DNA of 64,000 nt from Fusobacteriaceae bacterium (GTDB lineage Bacteria; Fusobacteriota; Fusobacteriia; Fusobacteriales; Fusobacteriaceae). Under the pieces are notes generated by a model that was not told the origin of the DNA, ran no database searches, and was given only the letters and a program-made list of their open reading frames with translations. Location: the NCBI GenBank assembly GCA_051659505.1, contig JBOFOQ010000013.1, positions 4,732-68,731 of the forward strand. The letters run 5' to 3'. Both the position numbers and the translations under genes were made by a program. Below, in pieces: positions 53,978-64,000 of the stretch (its first letter is position 1; each line of letters opens with the position of its first letter).

Positions 53978-54556
53978 ATGAATAATAATAAAATTAAAGC
54001 TCCATTGTTTTATTTTAAAAAATTTTTAACTATCACTTTTTTAACTTTATCTCTCTTTGGTTGTAGCAATGTTTCTAAAAATGCACCTTGGGAAAGTAGT
54101 GATAACCTCATAGCAAATTGGAGTAAAACACAAGTAGGGGATATTATAGTAAAAAATGTTACTTATGACCCTTTAGGTTGGTTTGGTCATGTTGGTATTG
54201 TCGTTACTCCTCTAACAGTTGCGGATTATCCTCAACCTTTTGTAGGATATCAAGAAAGTCATTACAAATATTGGTTAGAAGAAAAAAGAGATGTTATTGT
54301 TCTAAGATATACAGGTTTTAACGAAGAATTTAAAGCTCAATTTCTAATAAATATTGAAAAATTTAAGAATCAAACCTATTGGATAGGTTCTAGAAAAAAA
54401 ACTTATAGCACAACATATTGCTCAAAATATGTTTGGTTTATCTATTCTGAAACTGCAAAGGATTTAAATTATAACTTAGACTTAGATAGGGATTACGGTT
54501 ACTTTGTTTTTCCCTATGATTTTTTAGAAAATAAAGATTTAAAGTATATTAAATAA
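53978..54556 (+). CDS. Lipoprotein, permuted papain-fold (YycO/YiiX, COG3863-like) putative amidase
   Basis: Lipobox LSLFGCSN. GDIIVKN...GHVGIVV precedes YCSKYVWFIY, the His-before-Cys arrangement typical of the permuted NlpC/P60-like family. Confidence 0.55.
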   Translation: MNNNKIKAPLFYFKKFLTITFLTLSLFGCSNVSKNAPWESSDNLIANWSKTQVGDIIVKNVTYDPLGWFGHVGIVVTPLTVADYPQPFVGYQESHYKYWLEEKRDVIVLRYTGFNEEFKAQFLINIEKFKNQTYWIGSRKKTYSTTYCSKYVWFIYSETAKDLNYNLDLDRDYGYFVFPYDFLENKDLKYIK

Positions 54557-54597
54557 TACTAAGTTAAATAATATTAAAATATAAAGGAGTTTATTTT

Positions 54598-55563
54598 ATG
54601 AAAAAATTATTAATTGTTACCGTCTTCTGTTCTATTCTTTCGTTTTCCTTGTTTGGAAATGAAAACTATAAAACTTTTAAAATTAATGAATCAGGAAGAA
54701 TAATGATACTTATGTATCATGCCTTTACTCATGAGGAACCTAAAGATGACTACTCTAGAAGTTTTTCAAATTTTGAGAAAGATTTAAATTATTTAAATAA
54801 AAATGGCTATGTTCCTATATCTATAAATGATTTTATTTCTGGAAATATAACTGTACCTGCTGGTAAAACTCCAATTCTCTTAACCTTTGATGACGGGCAT
54901 AAAACTCAAGCATCATTTACTAAAGTCAATGGTGAATTGGTGCTAAATAAAGAAACTATGCTCTATAAATTTTTAGAATTCTCAAAACAAAACCCTGATT
55001 TCCCAACTAAAGGAATCATCTATATTAATGCAAACCCTTTTAGTGGTGATGGAACAATTAGTGAAAGAATTAGTGGAGTTTTGAGTACTGGTTTTGATAT
55101 TGGTAACCATACTTGGAATCACTTAAACTTGAGAAAGGCAGATAAATTAGAAATAGAAAAAAATATGGCCAAAATTGTTAAAATGGTTAATGACATTAGT
55201 CCTGGTTACAAGGTGAATTCTCTTGCTCGACCTTATGGTTCTTCTAGTAAAAAATTTAGTGAGTCTATGTTCAAAGGTGAGTATAACGGAACTAAATATG
55301 AAAACCTTACTACATTTTTAGTTGGGGCTAATCCTTCACAGAGTATTTTTAATGTGAACTTTAACATTCTTTCTGTACCAAGAATTAGAGCTGGAAAGGA
55401 CGGGGCTCAACTTGATATTAATGAATGGTTTACTCATTTTGATGAAAAACCTCAAGATAGATATATTAGTGATGGAAATCCAAATACTGTTGTAGTTCCA
55501 GCAAAAGATTTAAAGAAAATTGATAAAAATAAAATAGGAAAAAAAGAACTTATCACATATTAA
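54598..55563 (+). CDS. Polysaccharide deacetylase family protein (secreted)
   Basis: Has a signal peptide and the TFDDGH and HTWNH metal-binding motifs of NodB-type deacetylases. Confidence 0.75.
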   Translation: MKKLLIVTVFCSILSFSLFGNENYKTFKINESGRIMILMYHAFTHEEPKDDYSRSFSNFEKDLNYLNKNGYVPISINDFISGNITVPAGKTPILLTFDDGHKTQASFTKVNGELVLNKETMLYKFLEFSKQNPDFPTKGIIYINANPFSGDGTISERISGVLSTGFDIGNHTWNHLNLRKADKLEIEKNMAKIVKMVNDISPGYKVNSLARPYGSSSKKFSESMFKGEYNGTKYENLTTFLVGANPSQSIFNVNFNILSVPRIRAGKDGAQLDINEWFTHFDEKPQDRYISDGNPNTVVVPAKDLKKIDKNKIGKKELITY

Positions 55564-55567
55564 TAAC

Positions 55568-55628
55568 AAAAGAGTACTCTCTAACTGGATTTAACTATAC
55601 TTGTCCAGTTTAAAAAGTACTCTTTTTT
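55568..55628. terminator. Bidirectional terminator between the deacetylase and the RND pump
   Basis: aaaagagtact...ctgga..tccag...agtactctttttt, a nested hairpin with A and T runs. Confidence 0.5.
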
Positions 55629-55644
55629 ATTTAAGTTTAAATTT

Positions 55645-58600
55645 TTATTTATTATAAAATCTATTCTCTAATTTTTTTCTAGTTTCATAATAAACTTCAA
55701 ATAAAACTGGAATTAAAATCAAAGTTAAAAGGGTTGATAGTGTTAATCCAAAAATAACAGCTGTTGCCATTCCTTTATATCTTTCACTACCTTGTCCTAT
55801 TCCCAGTGCTAGTGGAACCATTCCAAAAACTGTTGTCATTGTTGTCATAAGAATTGGTCTAAGTCTTGTTTTTCCTGCTTCTAACAATGAGTTATATAGT
55901 GAGTTCCCATTTTCTTGTAAAAATTGAATATAATCAATTAGAACAATAGCATTATTTACTACTATTCCAGCAAGCATTATCACTCCTACAAATACCATTG
56001 TATTTGTTTTTTGCCCTGTAACAAAAAGTCCTAAATATACTCCTGTTACTGCTAATGGTACACTTCCCATAACAATTAATGGTAATATATAAGATTCAAA
56101 TTGAGCAGCAAGAATAAAATAAACTAAAAATATAGCAACTATAAATGCTAGTTTTAAGTGCTCGTTTACCTCTTTCATCGATCTGCTTTCCCCTGTAAAC
56201 TCATAAGTCATACTTTGAGGTAAACCAATTTCTTCTATCACTTGACTTATATATTTTTGACTGCTTATTAAATCAGATTTATTTGCTAAATTAGCCTTTA
56301 TTGTAGCTGTTATTATTTTGTCTTCTTTTTCTATTCCCCAAGGTCCTTCTCCAATTTCAAGAGTGGCAACATCTCTCAGTTTTAAAACTGCATTCTCTGA
56401 TGTTTTTACCCTTGATTCCATTAATAGTTCCAAAGATTCTCTATATTTTGAATCTAATTGCAAAGTTACATCTAGTTCTTCCTTATCTGTTTTGATTTTA
56501 ACTGGAGCTCCCCCTAAAATCTGATAACTAACACTAGTACCTAAATCATTTATATTTATCCCTTGATATTCCAATTTTTTTCTGTCCAAAATTAGTCTAG
56601 CCTCAGGATTTCCATTTACTAGAGAGTTACTTATATCAACAATATTTGAAGATTCTGATATTTTTTCGGTTATTAGTTTTGTGATATATTCTAATTGTTT
56701 AGAATTATCTGATTTTAATAAAAGTGTTATATCCTTTGAAGCTCCTCTTCCATATGAAACCTTGGGAACTACACTAAGTTTCACATCTGGAATATTTATT
56801 ATCTCTTTTCTTATTTCACTTGTAATCTCAGATATTGCTTTTTTATTTTCTCTTTCATTTTTAATTCCCACATCAACAACCACAGAAACAGCTGATTTTG
56901 AAACTGAAGTTGTGTACTGTTTAGTATATTTATTATTTTTTATAGCTTTTTCAAATTCCAGTGCCACTCTATTTGATTTTTCTATATCTATTCCACTGGG
57001 CATCTCTCCTATAATGCTATAAACTCCGTCGTCTGTTACAGGCATAAATTCCCCACCAATTTTTGACGACCCATATACTACAAAAATTAAAAACATTAGT
57101 ATAGCTGTTCCTATTGTTATAACTCTATTTTTTAAAGATAACTTTAGTAGTTTTTCATACCTAACTTTGAAATAATTTAAAATTTTTCCATCTTCATGAA
57201 TTCTCTCTTTATTTTTCAAAATACGACTACACATCATGGGAACAAAAGTTAAAGCTATAATTAGTGAGGCTATAAGAGAAAAAGTTATTGAATATGCCAT
57301 ATCTTGATATATCTCTTTAGCCATTCCATCTCTTAATACTATTGGAATAAACACTGCTATTGTAGTGGCAGTAGAGGTTATAATGGGAACTACAACTTCT
57401 GATGCCCCTAAAGATGAAGCAGTCATTCTATCCTCTTTTAACTCTGTTAAATGTCTAAATATATTATCTAGTACAACTACTGAATTATCCACAAGCATTC
57501 CTACTCCTAAAGATAATCCCATTAGAGATATCATATTTAGAGTCATTCCCTTTGCTCCAAAAAAACCAAATGTAGCAATTATTGAAACTGGAATAGCAAC
57601 TGCGACAACTAAAGTAGCTCTAAAATCTTTTAAAAAGACCAATAATATAATAGTTGCTAAAACTAATCCTGTAAGAGCGTTATTTTTTACTGCTTCTATT
57701 GAGTTTGTTATATCTATTGCTGAATCTCTATTTATTGTAAATTTTGTTCCTAAAGGTAAATAAGGCTCTAATTTTTTCAGTTCCTCCTTTACTATTTTAG
57801 AAATTTCCACTGTATTTCCTGTGTCTGTTTTTTCTACACTTATTATTATATTATCTGCTCCATTTGTTCTTCCATAAGTATCTCTATCCTTAGAGCCTAA
57901 ACTTACTTTTGCTACGTCAGTTAAGTATAATGTATCACCATCTTTATTTTTAAGTACAATATCCTTAATATCTTCTAAAGTTTTTAATTCTCCGTAGAAT
58001 TTAACCAAATATTCTTTATCCCCTTCTCTTATATAACCAGCTGGATAATTTATATTACTTTTTTTAAGTAAAGAATAAAGTTCGTTTATACTTAAATTAT
58101 ATGCTTCTAATTTGTTTGGATCGATACTAACTATTATTTCTCGTTCATCTCCACCGTTTACTTCTATATTTCCTACTCCATTTATTTTTTCAAGTTTAGG
58201 AACTACAATGTTATCTGCAAATATTTTTAAACTTACTAAATCAGTACCTGTAACCCCAAGTAATATTACTCTATCATTATTTCCACCACTTTTTGAAACT
58301 TCTGGTTCGTCTATCTCATCAGGAAGTTGATTTCTTATTCTATTTACTGCTGTAACTAAATCATTTACTTTTTTATCTATATCTTCTCCATAATTAAATT
58401 CCACCGTAACTACGGAACTTCCTAAAGTCGATTGAGTGTTTACTCTTTTTACCCCTTCAACTTTAGACAATCCTTTTTCAACTTCTCTAGTTACTAATTT
58501 TTCCATATCTTCAGGAGAAGCCCCTCTCCATGTCGCTTTAATTCTAGCTCTTGGAATATTATAATTAGGCATAAGTTCTGTTTTTAAATTTATTAAAACT

Positions 58601-58680
58601 AAAGCTCCTAGTATTACCATTGATAATATAATCATCATCGTTAATACTGGACGTTTTATTGAAAATTCTGATATATTCAT
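55645..58680 (-). CDS. RND efflux transporter permease (AcrB/HAE1 family)
   Basis: 1011 aa with 12-TM topology and two large loops. The MNISEFSIKRPVLTMMI start is typical of AcrB-type pumps. Confidence 0.9.
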   Translation of the reverse strand: MNISEFSIKRPVLTMMIILSMVILGALVLINLKTELMPNYNIPRARIKATWRGASPEDMEKLVTREVEKGLSKVEGVKRVNTQSTLGSSVVTVEFNYGEDIDKKVNDLVTAVNRIRNQLPDEIDEPEVSKSGGNNDRVILLGVTGTDLVSLKIFADNIVVPKLEKINGVGNIEVNGGDEREIIVSIDPNKLEAYNLSINELYSLLKKSNINYPAGYIREGDKEYLVKFYGELKTLEDIKDIVLKNKDGDTLYLTDVAKVSLGSKDRDTYGRTNGADNIIISVEKTDTGNTVEISKIVKEELKKLEPYLPLGTKFTINRDSAIDITNSIEAVKNNALTGLVLATIILLVFLKDFRATLVVAVAIPVSIIATFGFFGAKGMTLNMISLMGLSLGVGMLVDNSVVVLDNIFRHLTELKEDRMTASSLGASEVVVPIITSTATTIAVFIPIVLRDGMAKEIYQDMAYSITFSLIASLIIALTFVPMMCSRILKNKERIHEDGKILNYFKVRYEKLLKLSLKNRVITIGTAILMFLIFVVYGSSKIGGEFMPVTDDGVYSIIGEMPSGIDIEKSNRVALEFEKAIKNNKYTKQYTTSVSKSAVSVVVDVGIKNERENKKAISEITSEIRKEIINIPDVKLSVVPKVSYGRGASKDITLLLKSDNSKQLEYITKLITEKISESSNIVDISNSLVNGNPEARLILDRKKLEYQGININDLGTSVSYQILGGAPVKIKTDKEELDVTLQLDSKYRESLELLMESRVKTSENAVLKLRDVATLEIGEGPWGIEKEDKIITATIKANLANKSDLISSQKYISQVIEEIGLPQSMTYEFTGESRSMKEVNEHLKLAFIVAIFLVYFILAAQFESYILPLIVMGSVPLAVTGVYLGLFVTGQKTNTMVFVGVIMLAGIVVNNAIVLIDYIQFLQENGNSLYNSLLEAGKTRLRPILMTTMTTVFGMVPLALGIGQGSERYKGMATAVIFGLTLSTLLTLILIPVLFEVYYETRKKLENRFYNK

Positions 58681-58694
58681 ATTTCCTCTCTTTC

Positions 58695-59759
58695 TTATTT
58701 TATAATGTTTAATTTATCTTTATTTTCCAGTATATATTGTCCGTCAATTATAAGGTCCATTTTATCTAAAAGTTCTGTCCCTATTACTTCTTGCTCTTCA
58801 CCATTTGAATACCCTCGCTCTACTTTTATCTCTTTAGCAAATCCATTTTCATTTATATATATGTATGAAAAAAGGTCTCTTACAACTACTGCATTTTTAG
58901 GAACTACATGAGTTATTTTTTCTCCTGTTTCTATTGTTACATTTGAGTACATTCCTTTTTTTATTTTTTTCTCAGAATTTTTAACCGCTACTTTAACTTG
59001 GTATTTTTTGCTATCCTTTTGAGCTACTGGATTTATTTCTATAACCTTTCCTATTTGCTTTTCCTCTATCCCTTCTATTTCTAAAATTGCTCTATTCCCT
59101 TCTTGTACACCTACTATTTCATAAGGTGATACAGAGGTTTTCACATAAAGATTTTCATCATCTACAACAGTAAATAGAACTTTTCCCACTTCTATCTCTT
59201 CAAACATTTTCACATCTAAATCTGTTACTACTCCTGTTATTTTAGATTTCATATTTAAATTTTCATAATTCTCTTTTGCTGATAAATATATAGCCCTGCT
59301 TGAATCTAAATTGGATTTACTTTGAATAAAACCACTTTTTTTTACTAAAAATTCGTCTTCAGAAATAAATTTTTCTTCTCTTAATTTTACTATTTTTTCA
59401 TAGTTCACTTTTTTAGTATTGTAATCACTTTGACTAAATAAATATCCTGCTCTCGCCTTTAAAAACTCTGAATGGATATTTTGATTTTCAAGTATTAAAA
59501 CAGTATCTCCTTTTTTTACTATTTCTCCATTTTTATAATTAATTTTTACTACTTTACCACCTGTTTTCGTTACTTCCATAACTTGATTTATAGCTTCTAT
59601 TACTCCACTAGAGATATTTGTTTTCACTATTTTTTTAGGTTTTATTTCTATTGTTTTTACATTTTTTATATTTTCTAATTTCAATTTTTTCTCATTTATT
59701 TTATTTCCACATGCTGATATTATAATTAATAATACTGATAATATAATTTTTTTTAACAT
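58695..59759 (-). CDS. RND efflux periplasmic adaptor (membrane fusion protein)
   Basis: Lipobox IISACGN. The lipoyl/hairpin/beta-barrel layout is inferred from length and operon position. Confidence 0.8.
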   Translation of the reverse strand: MLKKIILSVLLIIISACGNKINEKKLKLENIKNVKTIEIKPKKIVKTNISSGVIEAINQVMEVTKTGGKVVKINYKNGEIVKKGDTVLILENQNIHSEFLKARAGYLFSQSDYNTKKVNYEKIVKLREEKFISEDEFLVKKSGFIQSKSNLDSSRAIYLSAKENYENLNMKSKITGVVTDLDVKMFEEIEVGKVLFTVVDDENLYVKTSVSPYEIVGVQEGNRAILEIEGIEEKQIGKVIEINPVAQKDSKKYQVKVAVKNSEKKIKKGMYSNVTIETGEKITHVVPKNAVVVRDLFSYIYINENGFAKEIKVERGYSNGEEQEVIGTELLDKMDLIIDGQYILENKDKLNIIK

Positions 59760-59768
59760 TTCCTCTCC

Positions 59769-61025
59769 TTATTTAAGTAAACTGTTATAGATTTCATAAG
59801 CAATATAATAATTATAATTTTCAACTATTAAGCTTAATCTACTTTCTAATAATATTTTTTCTATTTCTATAAGTTCAATGGCGTCTATTAATCCCAGCTG
59901 ATATCGTCTACTTTCCACCATAAAATTTTCTTCTGCTGACTCTACTGCTGCTTTTTGTTCTTTGACTATATTTTCATATTTAACTAAATTCAAGTAACTT
60001 TTTCTTAATTCTAATTCTGTGTCATTTTTTATTTTAGCTTCTATATTTTTAGATTTTTTTACTTCATTATCACTTATTCTATAATTATCTATTGACTTTC
60101 CAAATTCAAAAATGTTCATTTTAAAAGATACTCCTGCTTCCCAATTATAATCATCGTGGGAATTACTATAACTTTTATCGTTAGATTTCTGAGATATTAC
60201 TGCATCAATCTTTGGTAGAAATTCTGATTTTGCTATTTTTTTATCAGCTTCTTTTGTTTTTAATTCTAACTGATTAATTTTTACAGTTCTATTATTTTCC
60301 CTTACAAATTTTACGTCTTCATCAAGTTTAATAGCACTTATATCATATTTTTTTTTATCTACTGGGGCTAAATCTATTTTTGTATCATTTAATAATCCTA
60401 TATAATTTTTTAAATCTATTTCTGATATAGCTATCATATTTTCAGTTTCTAGTATTTTAGTTTTTATATTTAATATTCTTGTATTAAATGGTAATATTTC
60501 TGATTTTGCTATCATATCTAAATCATATTTACGTTTCACCACTTCATGTTCCTTATATAAATTTTCTAGAGAGTATTTATATACATTTAATTGTTCGTTA
60601 AAACTTAAAATAGAAATATATTTATCTATTGTTGTTAAGTACGTAGATATTTTTGTATCCATTAACAAATATTGTTTTTTTTCTTTATCAATCTCTGACT
60701 TTTTCAAATTAGCTGATAATACACCACCACTATATATTGATTGAGTCACTGAAATTTGATTTTCATACATTTGATTATTACTATTAACTTCTTGTTCATA
60801 CTTTAAATACTTTCCATTATAATCTAAAGTAGGTAAAAAATTCTTGTATGATTCTTTTAATTTTAAATTAGAGTTATCTAAATCTAGCTTAGAATTTTTC
60901 AAAATATAATCATGTTCATAAGCTCTTTCAATCGCATCGTCTAAATTTATTTTAATTTTTTTTACATCTTCTGAAAATAACATAGAAGAATATATTACTA
61001 ATAGAATAAATATTTTTATTTTCAT
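59769..61025 (-). CDS. TolC-family outer-membrane efflux protein
   Basis: 418 aa with a signal peptide and tandem coiled-coil repeats. It is the first gene of the RND operon. Confidence 0.8.
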   Translation of the reverse strand: MKIKIFILLVIYSSMLFSEDVKKIKINLDDAIERAYEHDYILKNSKLDLDNSNLKLKESYKNFLPTLDYNGKYLKYEQEVNSNNQMYENQISVTQSIYSGGVLSANLKKSEIDKEKKQYLLMDTKISTYLTTIDKYISILSFNEQLNVYKYSLENLYKEHEVVKRKYDLDMIAKSEILPFNTRILNIKTKILETENMIAISEIDLKNYIGLLNDTKIDLAPVDKKKYDISAIKLDEDVKFVRENNRTVKINQLELKTKEADKKIAKSEFLPKIDAVISQKSNDKSYSNSHDDYNWEAGVSFKMNIFEFGKSIDNYRISDNEVKKSKNIEAKIKNDTELELRKSYLNLVKYENIVKEQKAAVESAEENFMVESRRYQLGLIDAIELIEIEKILLESRLSLIVENYNYYIAYEIYNSLLK

Positions 61026-61229
61026 TTTTTCAACTCCTATTAACTACTATTTTTTACTCTTAGTATTATACCTTTTTTATGTGTCAAAAATAAGTTATTT
61101 ATAATCTTTTTTTATTCTACATTTAATTTTTATTTAATTTTTATTTTTCATTTCATTTATTGAGTTATAAGTTTCACTATGATATAATAATAACTATAAT
61201 AAAACATCATATAATTAAAGGAGATAAAA

Positions 61230-62609
61230 ATGAATACTAAGAATAATGAAAAATCAAATTTGTTTCAAACCTTCACTCAATTTTGTGTTTCACTAATGCA
61301 AAAATATTTACCTGATCCATTTATTTTCTGTGTTATACTTACTTTTATTGTATTTATAGCCGCTACTTTTTTTACTAAACAAAATCCTTTAGAAATTTTA
61401 AAATATTGGGCTGGTGGGTTTTGGTCTTTACTCTCTTTCTCAATGCAAATGGCTCTTGTTTTAGTTTTAGGTCATACAATGGCAAACTCTCCTATCTTTA
61501 AAAAGTTTTTGTCTACTTTAGCTTCAAAATTAGCAAGTCCTCGACAAGCTATTGTTGTTGTTACTTTAGTTTCTATTGTAGCTAATCTTATTAGTTGGGG
61601 ATTTGGTTTAGTTATTGGAGCTCTTTTTGCTAGAGAAATAGCTAAAAAAATTAAAAATATAGATTATAGACTACTTATAGCCTCTGCTTATTCAGGATTT
61701 ATTGTTTGGCACGGTGGATTATCAGGTTCTATTCCTTTACAACTTGCCAGTGCTGGTGAAGCGTTATCTAAGCAAACAGCAGGAGCAATAACAAAATCTA
61801 TTCCTACATCACTAACAATTTTTTCACCTATGAATATATTTATTGTTATTTCCATTACTGTAGTTTTACCTTTTCTAAATAGAGCTATGTATCCTACTAA
61901 TGATAATGTTGTATCAATAGAGCCAAAACTTTTAATAGATCCCATTGTAGAAGAAAAAAATTATAAAAATATGACTCCTGCAGAAAAACTAGAAAATTCT
62001 AAATTAATTTCAGTTCTATTAGGTTCTATGGGAGTTGTTTATATAATTTATTATTTCTTTACACAGGGGTTTGATTTAAACCTTAATATTGTAAACTTTA
62101 TTTTTCTATTTTTAGGTGTTCTACTTCACAAAACTCCTAGAAAATTTATAAATGCAATTTATGAAGCAACAAAAGGTTCTGCTGGTGTAATTTTACAGTT
62201 TCCTTTCTATGCTGGAATTATGGGTATTATGGTAGGAAAAAATTTAGAAGGTATTTCTCTTGCAGCACAAATGTCTCAAACTTTTGTGAGTATTTCGACA
62301 GTTAGAACTTTCCCTCTTTTTTCTTTCTTTAGTGCAGGTATCGTTAATTTCTTTGTTCCTTCAGGTGGAGGACAATGGGCAGTGCAAGCTCCTATTATGA
62401 TGCCTGCTGGGCTTGATCTTGGAGTTGACACCGCTAAAACTGCTATGGCTATTGCTTGGGGAGATGCTTGGACAAATATGATACAACCATTTTGGGCTCT
62501 TCCTGCTCTTGGAATTGCAGGACTTGGAGCTAAAGATATTATGGGATATTGCTTAGTAGTCACTATTGTTTGTGGTTTTATAATTTCTTGTGGTTTTTTC
62601 TTATTTTAA
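61230..62609 (+). CDS. atoE: Short-chain fatty acid transporter
   Basis: Collinear with E. coli AtoE as I recall it: YLPDPFIF, MQMALVLVLGH, FPFYAGI, VPSGGGQW and QPFWALPALGIAG blocks. Confidence 0.85.
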   Translation: MNTKNNEKSNLFQTFTQFCVSLMQKYLPDPFIFCVILTFIVFIAATFFTKQNPLEILKYWAGGFWSLLSFSMQMALVLVLGHTMANSPIFKKFLSTLASKLASPRQAIVVVTLVSIVANLISWGFGLVIGALFAREIAKKIKNIDYRLLIASAYSGFIVWHGGLSGSIPLQLASAGEALSKQTAGAITKSIPTSLTIFSPMNIFIVISITVVLPFLNRAMYPTNDNVVSIEPKLLIDPIVEEKNYKNMTPAEKLENSKLISVLLGSMGVVYIIYYFFTQGFDLNLNIVNFIFLFLGVLLHKTPRKFINAIYEATKGSAGVILQFPFYAGIMGIMVGKNLEGISLAAQMSQTFVSISTVRTFPLFSFFSAGIVNFFVPSGGGQWAVQAPIMMPAGLDLGVDTAKTAMAIAWGDAWTNMIQPFWALPALGIAGLGAKDIMGYCLVVTIVCGFIISCGFFLF

Positions 62610-62612
62610 ATA

Positions 62613-62657
62613 AAAAATTGACTTTAAGTAATATTTCTACCTAAAGTCAATTTTTTT
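62613..62657. terminator. Bidirectional terminator between atoE and dnaJ
   Basis: attgacttta / taaagtcaat 10-bp stem, flanked by A5 and T7. Confidence 0.55.
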
Positions 62658-63813
62658 ATATAAATATATCTTTTAATTTTTTTAAAAAACTTTTTTTATC
62701 TTTATAATTTTTATCTTTTAAACTATCATCAAAATCTTTTAATAGTTTTTCTTGAGTTCCAGTTAAATTAATAGGTATTTCAATAAATATTTCAACATAT
62801 TGTGTCCCTTTTCTTCCACTTCTTAAACTTACTATCCCTTCATCTCTCATGCTAAAACGTTTTCCATTTTGAGTCCCTGAAGGTATTTTCATCGTTTTCT
62901 TTCCATTTAAAGTTGGAACTTCTATTTCTCCACCTACAGTGGCTGTATAATAACTAACTGGAATTCTACAATAAATATCAGAGCCATCTCTTTCAAAGAA
63001 GTCATGAGATTTTATTCTAATTACAATAAATAGATCTCCGTTAGCTCCTCCGTGTCTACTTGCTTCTCCCATATCTGTTAATTTTAACTTTTGACCACTA
63101 TCTATTCCAGCAGGTATTTTCACTGTTTTTTCTATCGTTTCTCTCACTATTTTTTTCCCATTACATGTAGGGCATTTTTGTTCAGGAATTTGACCACTAC
63201 CACTACAAACATCACAAACATCTTCTGAAGCAAAGTTTCCTAGCATAGTTCTCTGAATTTTCTTTATTCTTCCACTACCATTACAGTTAGAACACTTATT
63301 CATTTTACTGTTAGGCTTTGCACCTGTTCCATTACAAGTTCCACATTTTCCATTTCTTGCATATTTTATTAATTTTTCTACACCTTTTGCAGCTTCTTCT
63401 AAAGTTATTTCTATAGTATAGCTTAAATCATCTCCAGGTTCTGGACCTCTTCTGGAGTTTCTTCCTCCAAAACCACCACTTCCACCAAAGAAAGAACCAA
63501 ATATATCTCCTAAGTCATCTCCTCCAAAACCACCGAAACCACCACCACCATATCCACCTGAGCCACCACCTTGTTCAAATGCAGCGTGTCCATACTGATC
63601 ATACTGTTGTTTCTTTGGTGAGTCAGATAAAACTTGATAAGCTTCGTTTATTTCTTTAAACTTTTTTTCTGCTTCTGCCTTTTCTGATTCTGAAGAATTA
63701 TTTACCTTATCTGGATGGTACTTATTAGCAAGTTTTCTATATCCTTTTTTTATTTCTGATTCTGAAGCACTTTTAGTAACTCCTAAAACCTCATAGTAAT
63801 CTTTTTTAGCCAT
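62656..63813 (-). CDS. dnaJ: Molecular chaperone DnaJ
   Basis: Has a J-domain with HPD, a Gly/Phe-rich linker and four CxxCxGxG zinc-finger repeats. Confidence 0.95.
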   Translation of the reverse strand: MAKKDYYEVLGVTKSASESEIKKGYRKLANKYHPDKVNNSSESEKAEAEKKFKEINEAYQVLSDSPKKQQYDQYGHAAFEQGGGSGGYGGGGFGGFGGDDLGDIFGSFFGGSGGFGGRNSRRGPEPGDDLSYTIEITLEEAAKGVEKLIKYARNGKCGTCNGTGAKPNSKMNKCSNCNGSGRIKKIQRTMLGNFASEDVCDVCSGSGQIPEQKCPTCNGKKIVRETIEKTVKIPAGIDSGQKLKLTDMGEASRHGGANGDLFIVIRIKSHDFFERDGSDIYCRIPVSYYTATVGGEIEVPTLNGKKTMKIPSGTQNGKRFSMRDEGIVSLRSGRKGTQYVEIFIEIPINLTGTQEKLLKDFDDSLKDKNYKDKKSFLKKLKDIFI

Positions 63814-63922
63814 TAAAAATCTCCTTTTTTATAATTTAAGAAGAGGATAGTCACGTAATAACTATCCCCTTCTTTGTATTTTAGAATATAATTACTACTC
63901 TATTTTATAACATTTTTACTAA

Positions 63923-64000
63923 TTAGTCTACTATTTCCGCTTCAGCAACTCCATCATCTTTCTTTGAATTAGTGGCTTCTTCTTGCCCACCTTGCTGTGC
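63923..64000 (-). CDS. dnaK: Molecular chaperone DnaK, C-terminal 25 codons (the gene continues beyond the window)
   Basis: Hand translation gives ...AQQGGQEEATNSKKDDGVAEAEIVD then a stop. The acidic tail and the position upstream of dnaJ fit dnaK. Confidence 0.6.
   Translation of the reverse strand, partial: AQQGGQEEATNSKKDDGVAEAEIVD

Noticed and set aside
63814-63922. Imperfect hairpin (gaagaggatag...ctatccccttc) between dnaK and dnaJ
   Set aside because: The stem is interrupted and no U-tract follows on the transcribed strand. It is at most a weak attenuator, and dnaK-dnaJ are normally co-transcribed.

Overview
This is very AT-rich bacterial DNA. The gene content (TolC/RND efflux, AtoE, YfcC, PepV, ylxM-ffh, dnaK-dnaJ) fits a low-GC diderm of the Fusobacteria type, but I cannot verify taxonomy without a search.

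Positions 1 to about 30.2 kb are the right-hand ~30 kb of a prophage whose left end lies outside the window.
- Late operon (minus strand): P2/Mu-type contractile-tail genes (gp25-like, gpV-like, gpD-like, X, tape measure, chaperone with a -1 frameshift, tube, sheath), followed by a lambda-type packaging/head module (Nu1-like, GpA terminase, W, portal, ClpP/S49 protease, decoration protein, E-type capsid).
- Replication: a gene-II-like rolling-circle initiator and a replisome organizer.
- Immunity region: a cI/LexA-like repressor, a small HTH protein and a membrane-anchored moron. Two near-identical outward-facing promoter-operator modules bracket it.
- Plus strand: about 20 tiny early genes, a ParA module and a large serine integrase.

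Directly beyond the integrase lies a translationally coupled AAA+ ATPase + cytoplasmic S8 subtilase operon, an IetAS-like candidate anti-phage system. It is the most interesting locus in the window.

From about 34.4 kb onward the window is ordinary chromosome. It carries an O-methyltransferase, rsmB, a PurM-fold protein, rpsP, ylxM-ffh, an M15-type lipoprotein, a LysE exporter and four tRNAs (Gly, Glu, Ala, Met). These are followed by YfcC, PepV, a sulfur/cysteine cluster (class-V aminotransferase, CyuA-like desulfidase, DAACS transporter, CoA-disulfide-reductase-like), pncA, corA and a repeat lipoprotein. The window ends with an RND efflux operon, atoE, dnaJ and the 3' end of dnaK.

Non-genic signals:
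- (ATTT)20 in front of the tape-measure gene
- six perfect 16-bp repeats between pepV and yfcC
- phased A-tract repeats upstream of the tRNA promoter
- a 56-bp perfect palindrome
- a homopolymer-interrupted early phage gene

All family assignments come from motif and synteny recognition by eye. No database search was run.
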